A stretch of DNA of 13,018 nt from Conexivisphaerales archaeon (GTDB taxonomy: Archaea > Thermoproteota > Nitrososphaeria > Conexivisphaerales > DTJL01): the NCBI GenBank assembly GCA_049509455.1, contig JBEKZX010000041.1:1-13018 (forward strand). Reading direction: 5' to 3'. A model generated the notes under the pieces. That model saw only the letters and a program-made list of their open reading frames with translations. It searched no databases and was not told the origin of the DNA. The translations under genes and the position numbers were made by a program. This document shows positions 7,174 to 13,018 of this stretch, in pieces (positions within the stretch are counted from its first letter, which is position 1; the number at the start of each line of letters is the position of its first letter).

Positions 7174-7276
7174 AACGAAGCGGCCCAAGATTTAATAGCA
7201 CAGTGATGTGCACGCCCTTTGAGCCTCCAATGAATGATCCGGCTGGGTTACACGAGTCACCGGCGGGACGGCACAG

Positions 7277-7750
7277 GTGATGACGATGAAGGAGGTGGTG
7301 CCGAGATCGTTCAGGAGAGCGGGCGTTCTTGCCGTGATCGCGGGTTTGGTCCTGATTGCGAGCGGCGTCAGATCGGGCTCAATACTCCTGACGGGCTTAG
7401 TCGATGCAGATGCATATCTCGGATTGAGCCTCGGTTCTGGCCAGTTGGTGGTGCAGCTTGCCATCCTATGCCTAACGTTCCTCGTCGGACTCGGAGGGTT
7501 ATTGGTGATCGTTGGAGGAGCTTTGCTCTTGCGCAGACATGGATCCTCGGGAAGGTCCCTCATAGGTCTCGGAGGAGGGACGGCGATCATCGGTCTACTG
7601 TTCTCCATGGGCGAGGCCTTGTACGCCTCCGGATTCTCAGCGCCCATATTTCACCAGACGTATTCTATCCTGTATTGGATTGGCGCGATTCTTGCGACGG
7701 CTTCGATCCTTCTTTCTAGGAGAGACCCCACGACCAAACCGATGATCTGA
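7277..7750 (+). CDS. Hypothetical 4-TM membrane protein
   Basis: Four Gly/Leu-rich hydrophobic segments with basic residues near both termini and in the central loop; clean ORF. Confidence 0.85.
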   Translation: MMTMKEVVPRSFRRAGVLAVIAGLVLIASGVRSGSILLTGLVDADAYLGLSLGSGQLVVQLAILCLTFLVGLGGLLVIVGGALLLRRHGSSGRSLIGLGGGTAIIGLLFSMGEALYASGFSAPIFHQTYSILYWIGAILATASILLSRRDPTTKPMI

Positions 7751-7820
7751 TCACGGCAGCGGCCCCTGGCGAGCCCAGCTTGATCATCCTGTTCAATCTA
7801 TCTCCCAGCTTCGCCGTTGT

Positions 7821-8040
7821 CTAAGCGTATCGTGACTGCAAGATGCGCATGGGGACGCCTCGTACTCCGCCAAGTTCCACGACTGCGGCAAGGAACCTCC
7901 GCGTTCGACTCGCTTCGGCAATCGAACCGTCGGTTGTTTCTCTTCATGTCTCCAACTGCCACCAGCCAGCCGTCCTACCGCGCATACTTCACCGTGAGGG
8001 AGAGCTTCCGGCCCGACCTGCGTCCCAGTTCCCGCCGCGC
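7821..8040 (-). pseudogene. Possible heavily eroded TnpB (IS200/IS605 OrfB) remnant
   Basis: Collinear motifs over three frames: RRELGRRSGRKLSLTVKYAR*DGWLVAVGDMK (cf. HKxSRxIVxYA...IxVGDL), SLPQSWNLAEYEA (cf. EYKA), GVPMRILQSRYA*T (cf. GIPVxxVxxxYTS). Recognition by eye only. Confidence 0.35.
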
Positions 8041-8114
8041 TTGCGGTGCCAGCAGGAGGAATCAGAGGTTACAGTCACTTGCCGGTGAGGAGATTCTCGC
8101 CCTTGACGAGCCGA

Positions 8115-8171
8115 TAGACCAGCAATCACCGCGAGGACACCAGCACTGAAAGAATATGCTTTCTCATCCAA
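8115..8171 (-). pseudogene. 5' fragment resembling the N-terminus of the 7277-7750 membrane protein
   Basis: MDEKAYSFSAGVLAVIAGL shares AGVLAVIAGL with 7319-7348; 21/30 nt identical and all 9 differences synonymous. Confidence 0.35.
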
Positions 8172-8196
8172 TTTCTTTGACGTTACTTCCCCCGTT

Positions 8197-8209
8197 GACT
8201 TAAATAGTC
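8197..8209. promoter_or_regulatory. Candidate TATA box, possibly bidirectional
   Basis: GACTTAAATAGTC: TTAAATA about 40 nt before TTG8247 (+) and TTTAAG 28-33 nt before TTG8171 (-), framed by GACT/AGTC. Confidence 0.45.
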
Positions 8210-8246
8210 GTCAGAAATATCAAAAAGACGGAAAGATGGTGAAGCC

Positions 8247-9908
8247 TTGAAGAGCAGGCTCTCTGCCAGGGAGAAATCCAAACTCCATAGCCTTGCCGAA
8301 TCCTTCGTCAAGAAAGAGAGCATTGTCGCCCTTTGCGCGTACGGCTCCAGGGTAGCGGGGTTTGCCAGAGAAGACTCTGATTACAACGTAATCGTTGTTG
8401 CGAAGGGCTTCGAGGAGGGAGTAAAGTCGACGCAAGCCGTGGCACCCATTCAGGCATCAGCGCTCATCGTAGACGAGTCAGTCCTGCGCGAAGAAGCGAG
8501 CAGGTCATCTCCTAGGGAGTTCGTCGTAGGCAGGTTTCTCAACATCTACGAACCGATAGTCGGTGCGGACCTCTTTCGAAGTGTGGAGCTGGAATACAAG
8601 AAGAGGATCATAGCCGAAGAGCTGATTGAAATCCAGTCCGAATATGGCGGCTTGGCTTCAAGCCTGATCCTTCCTTACGAGTACTTCCTTTTCGACAAGC
8701 TGCACAAGAGGGCCAGCGTCTTCCCCGAGGCGACCTACGCCTTTGCTAGCACCTACACATGCGTCAACAGGAAAGGGAACCTAGAGTTCACAGTTCGTGG
8801 GTTTCGCGAAGCGGCGGAATCTCTTGCTTCAAGCGGGGTGATAGAAATTACTGATGAATCGGTCAGGATCGTGCCCGGCGAGGTGCCCACGAATATACTC
8901 TCGAAGATAGTCACGCTCCTGTCACCCGCGAAGGAGGGTACCACCCAACCCACGGGCAAAGGTTACGATGTCTTGGCGGGAACCGGGGTCGTCGGAACCG
9001 ACGTTCACGCCGGGGCTTTAGGCAGAAGAGGGGCATTCAAGTCCCCAGTCGAGCTCGACCGTCCGAAGAAACTGCTCCGCCTCGAGGAAGGGGTTGTCTT
9101 TGATGACGCAAGTAAGATAAACGAAGAGCTTGCGCGGATGTCTGGGTTCCACGGAGCCTTCACCTTCAAAGAGAGGAAGAAGGGAGAGGTCTACACTTCC
9201 ACGCAGCTGCTCGAGATTTCGAGCCAAGGAAGACGAGTGGACTACGTCCTGAAGAGCTTTCCCGATCTGAAGTCCGTGAAGTGGGCGCTCCTCAACCTAT
9301 GGGCATTTACCGGCAAGAAATTCACCATGACTCCTTTTGCAAGACTCCAGCGGGAATATGAAGGTGTCAAACGGCTACGTGAACTTGGAATAGGTACTCA
9401 CAGCATAGTCGGTATCGCGCTGGACCAAAAGATCTTGGTTACGAAGTATGTGAAGGGAGCACCGCTCTCCAAGTTTGTCGATAGGGTAACTAGTGGGAAG
9501 AGCACAGACACCAAGTATGTCGAGAAGTATGCCAAGACCTTGGCAAAGCTACACAGCGCTGGTCTCGTATATGGAGACACAAAAGCAGATAACGCGTTCG
9601 TATGCCAAGGCGGAATCAGTCTTTTCGACCTCGAGCAAGCCGTTGAGAATGGCGATACGGCGTGGGATCTCGCTGAATTTCTCTACTTCTCCGCGAGGAG
9701 CGCTATGAAGGAGGAAGGGATGAAGCTCGTCGCTGACTCCTTCCTCGCGAGTTACCGAAAAGAGAATGGCACTCGAGCGATAGCGAAGGCGAAAAGCGTA
9801 AGATATCTGGTTCCGTTCCAGGCCTTCCTAGCGGCAGGGATGATTACGGTGATTAGAGATTCGCTTGAAGAATACTCGTCGGCTGCTAGTAGGGGCAGGA
9901 GTCATTGA
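8247..9908 (+). CDS. Fusion of N-terminal minimal nucleotidyltransferase-like domain and C-terminal Bud32/RIO/Kdo-like kinase
   Basis: N-term AYGSRVAGFAREDSDYNVIVV (GS..DxD-like). C-term YVLK (beta3 Lys), QREYE (alphaC Glu), LVTKYVKG, LHSAGLVYGDTKADN, LFDLEQA, WDLAEFLY. Confidence 0.88.
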   Translation: MKSRLSAREKSKLHSLAESFVKKESIVALCAYGSRVAGFAREDSDYNVIVVAKGFEEGVKSTQAVAPIQASALIVDESVLREEASRSSPREFVVGRFLNIYEPIVGADLFRSVELEYKKRIIAEELIEIQSEYGGLASSLILPYEYFLFDKLHKRASVFPEATYAFASTYTCVNRKGNLEFTVRGFREAAESLASSGVIEITDESVRIVPGEVPTNILSKIVTLLSPAKEGTTQPTGKGYDVLAGTGVVGTDVHAGALGRRGAFKSPVELDRPKKLLRLEEGVVFDDASKINEELARMSGFHGAFTFKERKKGEVYTSTQLLEISSQGRRVDYVLKSFPDLKSVKWALLNLWAFTGKKFTMTPFARLQREYEGVKRLRELGIGTHSIVGIALDQKILVTKYVKGAPLSKFVDRVTSGKSTDTKYVEKYAKTLAKLHSAGLVYGDTKADNAFVCQGGISLFDLEQAVENGDTAWDLAEFLYFSARSAMKEEGMKLVADSFLASYRKENGTRAIAKAKSVRYLVPFQAFLAAGMITVIRDSLEEYSSAASRGRSH

Positions 9909-10024
9909 TCGGATTCTCGCAACGCTGGGCTTGAATAACCGCACCCGGTTGTAAGATAGGGTTCGTTGAGGGGCCGCCCGTCCACCAATCGTACCAAGAT
10001 TGCATTGGAACGGCCGGTCCAGCG

Positions 10025-10196
10025 GTCGTCCGTCGTCGAGGAGGATACGAAGGGGAAGGGGGTGGCCTACAAGGACATGCACACGCTCTACGAGGCAGAG
10101 CAGAGGAGGGCCGACAAGCTGTCCAGGGGCGAGGCCGCCGGGGAGCTGAAGAACGAAGGGAACTCCGAATAGGTGACGGAGCAGCTGAAGAAGGCC
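10025..10196 (+). repeat. Repeat copy 3: 5' part plus core, lacks the 3' end, TAG at 10170-10172
   Basis: SSVVEEDTKGKGVAYKDMHTLYEAEQRRADKLSRGEAAGELKNEGNSE*VTEQLKKA; 151/171 nt identical to 3776-3946. Similarity stops 6 nt after CAGCTGAAG. Confidence 0.95.
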
Positions 10197-10331
10197 TCTT
10201 TATTAGACTCTGCAGGTTGATTCCATGCTTGAGGTCCATCCCAGACATGACGGAAGCTGCTCCAGCGCAGGTCATCTCCTCTCGCCCCCGGGCCCAAGGA
10301 TCGGAGGCGGCCAAGGAGGCCTAAGGCTATC

Positions 10332-10463
10332 ATGAGCAGGAATTTGGTTCAGTGCAGGTTCTGCGGGGCCTGGATCTACTTTGAGAGAAACGCCGAAACG
10401 GGAGGGACGGACGCAAAGAACCCAGACGGCACCATTCACAGGTGCAGTGGTGCATGGGGTTGA
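10332..10463 (+). CDS. 43-aa Zn-finger microprotein (CxxC...HxC), below the ORF-track cutoff
   Basis: MSRNLVQCRFCGAWIYFERNAETGGTDAKNPDGTIHRCSGAWG; SD-like GGAGG at 10315-10319. Confidence 0.7.
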   Translation: MSRNLVQCRFCGAWIYFERNAETGGTDAKNPDGTIHRCSGAWG

Positions 10464-10600
10464 CGGGCTCGTCGAACGAAGTCACATTGATGGTCATTCA
10501 TTCAATAGCCCGTCATATCCTTGACTGAGCCATCGGCTCTTGCGAATCGGACGCGACCGCTGGCCCGCCTTCTTCGGTTCCAACACTAGGCTCGAGTATT

Positions 10601-10608
10601 GGAAAAAC
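10601..10608 (-). terminator. Oligo-T terminator candidate for hsp20
   Basis: GTTTTTCC on the minus strand about 35 nt after the hsp20 stop. Confidence 0.35.
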
Positions 10609-10615
10609 AGATGGA

Positions 10616-10651
10616 GAAAGGGTTCACTGAACTGAAAGGGTTCACTGAACT
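10616..10651. repeat. Perfect 18-bp tandem duplication spanning the hsp20 stop codon
   Basis: GAAAGGGTTCACTGAACT at 10616-10633 and 10634-10651; each unit contains the palindrome GTTCA-C-TGAAC. Confidence 0.95.
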
Positions 10652-11151
10652 TTTAGTTTCCTGATCTTCTTTTGAGGCCTGGGCCCAAGCTTGGGAAGCT
10701 TCACTTCGAGTATGCCTTCGACAATGTGTGCTGACACTTTTTCCGTGTTTACCGTCTCGCCGAAGCCTATGTGCCTGTGGAAAGTGGAGAAGGCCCTCTC
10801 CCTGTGCAGATAGGTCTTTCCCTTCTCCTCCGTCTTCACATCAGATTTGGCGTTCAGCACCATTTCGTTCGGCCCGACTTCGATCTCCACGTCCTCCTTC
10901 TTGATCCCTGGAATCTCCGCTTTCACGACATACTCGTTGCCAGAGTCGATGACATCGACGTAGGGTATTCTCGTCGGCAGCTCATATTCAAGAGGCCACT
11001 CGAATCCCCTGAATGGATCCCACGGCATCAGGCGAAATGGCTCTAATATCTTGTTGAAGTCTTCAATCCAAGTGGGTTGAGGTTCTCTGACGGCAAGCTC
11101 AGGCTTCTTTTCCTTCTTAACGGCTAAGGTCCCTTCTTTCTTCTCAGACAT
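10642..11151 (-). CDS. hsp20: Small heat-shock protein, Hsp20/alpha-crystallin family
   Basis: PYVDVID..NEYVVKAEIPGIKKEDVEI, RER.FS.F.R.I, VSA...EGILEVKLPK and the C-terminal IXI-like KLKV motif. Confidence 0.95.
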   Translation of the reverse strand: MSEKKEGTLAVKKEKKPELAVREPQPTWIEDFNKILEPFRLMPWDPFRGFEWPLEYELPTRIPYVDVIDSGNEYVVKAEIPGIKKEDVEIEVGPNEMVLNAKSDVKTEEKGKTYLHRERAFSTFHRHIGFGETVNTEKVSAHIVEGILEVKLPKLGPRPQKKIRKLKVQ

Positions 11152-11241
11152 AATTATGCCTCAATTATTTTCATGGCAAGGGCTTGCTGTTATAGTTATG
11201 TGTGTTTATTGTTGCGTTTTTTCCAAACATGATCGACCACC

Positions 11242-11335
11242 CGAATCCGACAAGCTATGTGGATGGCAGGAGACCGTAGGCTCGCTCAAGAGCCGTCGTT
11301 TCACGGCCTTGACGCCGGGGTTCTGCTCGGATTCG
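11242..11335. other. Long imperfect hairpin in the hsp20/ACT intergenic region (candidate structured RNA/DNA)
   Basis: CGAATCCGA/TCGGATTCG (9 bp), GCAGGA/TTCTGC, TCAAG/CTTGA and GCCGT/ACGGC nested around the loop CGTTTC. Confidence 0.45.
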
Positions 11336-11435
11336 ACTTCCATTCCCTCTTAGTAATAGACATTACTTAGTATATAGATATGTCCTAAGAGAATGGTTAA
11401 GTATTACATGCGCCTGTTCTAGATTTAGGTCAGCC

Positions 11436-12140
11436 TTGTCAAGCAAGAAGGCAACCATCCCTGCCGTGGTGGCATCCATCGTAACCCACAACCCAGCCCT
11501 CTATGAGTGTCTCAAACTGAAGATAATCAATTATCACGCCCTGGCCGCGAGCATCAAACCCGAGGTCGAGAGGTTGGCGGAGAGGCCCACCAGCGTCAAC
11601 ACGATTGTGGTCGCCCTGGTAAGGTTCTCCGATACCATCACCGAAGCTGTCACGCCTGAATCACTCCCCATCCTAAGGGACGCCAGAATAACGCTGGCCA
11701 GCGACGTGGTGGACGTGACCATCAAGGCCAAGAAGTCAGAGCTGTTTCTCATCGTGAAGCGGCTAGCCGAGCTATCTCCCACCCTGAGCGAGCCCATCCA
11801 CCTGTTCCAACTTTCCAGCTCGATCAAGCTGATCGCCGATGAAGGCGAGTATAACTCCTTGATCCGGCCGTCCCTTGACAAGATACAGATTGCGAGCGAA
11901 ACGACCCAGTTGTCAAGGTTGGACATCCACCTCTCCCCCGCCGTTGAAACGACCCCCGAGTTCGGGTTCTTCCTCACCGAATTGCTCTACCGCCAGGGGG
12001 TGAAGATACGCCATACCTACATCGGGGAAGAAACGATCTTAATCCTAGGCAGGGATGAAGGTTCGAGAGCGTACGGGATATTGCGGCAGGAGATAGACAG
12101 AAGCAGGACAGCTTCGGTTAAGGAAGAAGCCAAAGCATAG
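11436..12140 (+). CDS. Archaeal putative regulator with N-terminal helical (INYxALA) domain and C-terminal ACT-like domains
   Basis: NPALYECLKLKIINYHALAASIK...TIVVALVRF matches the pattern of archaeal ACT-domain regulators; C-term PEFGFFLTELLYRQGVKI...EETILIL is ACT-like. TTG start. Confidence 0.8.
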   Translation: MSSKKATIPAVVASIVTHNPALYECLKLKIINYHALAASIKPEVERLAERPTSVNTIVVALVRFSDTITEAVTPESLPILRDARITLASDVVDVTIKAKKSELFLIVKRLAELSPTLSEPIHLFQLSSSIKLIADEGEYNSLIRPSLDKIQIASETTQLSRLDIHLSPAVETTPEFGFFLTELLYRQGVKIRHTYIGEETILILGRDEGSRAYGILRQEIDRSRTASVKEEAKA

Positions 12141-12143
12141 TCC

Positions 12144-12168
12144 GAGGGGCCTGGCCGCTCAGCCCCTC
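12144..12168. terminator. GC hairpin directly after the ACT-gene stop
   Basis: GAGGGGC-N11-GCCCCTC between convergent genes. Confidence 0.3.
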
Positions 12169-12276
12169 CAGGCATCTCGAACGACGATTCTCTATCCTGC
12201 CATCGCCGAATTCGTCCAGGCAAGGTCCTAGGGTCCTTGCTGCAGAATAAAATAGCGACCTTATCTGAATTAAGTT

Positions 12277-12290
12277 GAAAGAAAGAAGGA
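12277..12290 (-). terminator. Pyrimidine-rich terminator candidate for the RAM-RAM gene
   Basis: TCCTTCTTTCTTTC on the minus strand 6 nt after the stop. Confidence 0.35.
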
Positions 12291-12295
12291 TTCGT

Positions 12296-12817
12296 CTACG
12301 CTGATACCGTCGGCTTGTAGACGAACGATGTTTCACTTGTTCTTATTCCGTCAATCTGCGAGATCTTCTGAATCGTATTCGCGAGAATCTCTTCGTAGGA
12401 TTCCCCTTTCACTGTTGCAAGGATGTCCCACTGGCCTGATACGACCGAGGCGTCCGATACTCCGGAGATGCTCATCAATGACTTCAGTATGTCCTGCACG
12501 GGTTTGTCCACCCTCAGGAACACTTGACCCATCGCGTGGGCGCCATTGCTATGTGCATTCGCCAGATATTCGTAGGGGTACATAGAGGTAGTCGAGAGTA
12601 CGCCGTTCATAGATCTGATCTCCTTGATTGCTGCGTAAGTCTTCTGCACGTCATTGCCCTTGAGTGAGGCTACGAGATCGAAGCGGCCGGAAGTGCTTCC
12701 GAACCAGTTTATGTAACTGACTTCCTTCAGCTTGTGCAACACTGCGTTAAGCTCGCGCTTTTCGACATTTGCGAACAAGTACGTCGGCTGCATGTTTGCT
12801 GTTAGTATATTAGTCAT
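12296..12817 (-). CDS. HTH-less Lrp/AsnC protein with two tandem ligand-binding (RAM) domains
   Basis: Internal duplication: SGRFDLVA...NGVLSTTS and SGQWDILA...DGIRTSETS (G.[YFW]D and GV..T.T motifs); no N-terminal HTH. Confidence 0.85.
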   Translation of the reverse strand: MTNILTANMQPTYLFANVEKRELNAVLHKLKEVSYINWFGSTSGRFDLVASLKGNDVQKTYAAIKEIRSMNGVLSTTSMYPYEYLANAHSNGAHAMGQVFLRVDKPVQDILKSLMSISGVSDASVVSGQWDILATVKGESYEEILANTIQKISQIDGIRTSETSFVYKPTVSA

Positions 12818-12838
12818 TGCATAGTGTATTAGGCGTGT

Positions 12839-12864
12839 CTATATATAAGCGTTTCCATATAAAA
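12839..12864. promoter_or_regulatory. BRE/TATA promoter of the RAM-RAM gene with a possible back-to-back TATA
   Basis: Minus strand GGAAACG-CTTATATATAG, TATA 25-31 nt before ATG12817. Plus strand TATAAAA (12858-12864) 21-27 nt before ATG12885. Confidence 0.55.
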
Positions 12865-12884
12865 GGTTACAGCTGCAACACTTG

Positions 12885-13018
12885 ATGCTTGCCTGTCACA
12901 CCGGCTTCTGGGAGCGCAAGTTCGCCCTGAACGTGGAACGGGACGCGAGAGTCAGGGAGTCCCTCAGACGCGACGGATGGACCCTCCTGGAGTTCTGGGA
13001 GCACGAAGTGGAGAGGGA
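12885..13018 (+). pseudogene. vsr: C-terminal fragment of a Vsr-like very-short-patch-repair endonuclease; 5'-truncated, runs off the window
   Basis: TGFWERKFALNVERDARVRESLRRDGWTLLEFWEHEV matches the Vsr pattern FW..K...NV.RD......L...GW.VL..WE. In-frame TAA at 12846-12848, so the N-terminal catalytic part is absent. Confidence 0.8.

Noticed and set aside
3776-10196. Repeat copies as a DGR template/variable pair (many A/G differences)
   Set aside because: Changes between copies 1 and 3 go both ways (about 6 A>G and 5 G>A), as expected for ordinary transitions in purine-rich DNA, not A-to-N. No reverse transcriptase is in the window.
1786-10196. CRISPR array, integron attC sites or IS/MITE copies
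   Set aside because: Units are kilobases apart and coding-like, with no palindromic fold, no RYYYAAC/GTTRRRY boxes, no terminal inverted repeats and no target-site duplications.
11176-11187. GCAAG-GG-CTTGC palindrome upstream of hsp20 as a heat-shock operator
   Set aside because: Only 5-bp arms and no match to an archaeal heat-shock element I can name.

Overview
Archaeal DNA (TATA/BRE-type promoters, U-rich terminators, archaeal-type proteins; a Nitrososphaerota/TACK-like lineage is my inference). The window opens with the 3' two-thirds of an acetyl-CoA synthetase gene coupled to a SatP-family acetate channel. The rest is a patchwork accessory region: aldo/keto reductase, an uncharacterised protein, a wHTH + nucleotidyltransferase pair (type IV TA-like), a frameshifted Zn-ribbon gene, a 4-TM membrane protein, a nucleotidyltransferase-kinase fusion, a 43-aa Zn-finger gene missed by the ORF track, Hsp20, an ACT-like regulator, an HTH-less tandem Lrp/AsnC (RAM-RAM) protein and a 5'-truncated Vsr fragment. 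The main unexplained structure is four direct, degenerate copies of one ~70-codon GC-rich reading frame (about 1786-1823, 3764-3982, 7027-7173, 10025-10196). All four carry CAGCTGAAG and divide the region into three cargo units of 2146, 3191 and 3059 bp. The first copy starts at this core (on the satP stop codon) and the last ends just after it, as expected if several elements had integrated in tandem at an att site inside the small gene. No integrase, tRNA, rRNA, CRISPR array or reverse transcriptase is visible. All identities and counts were done by hand.
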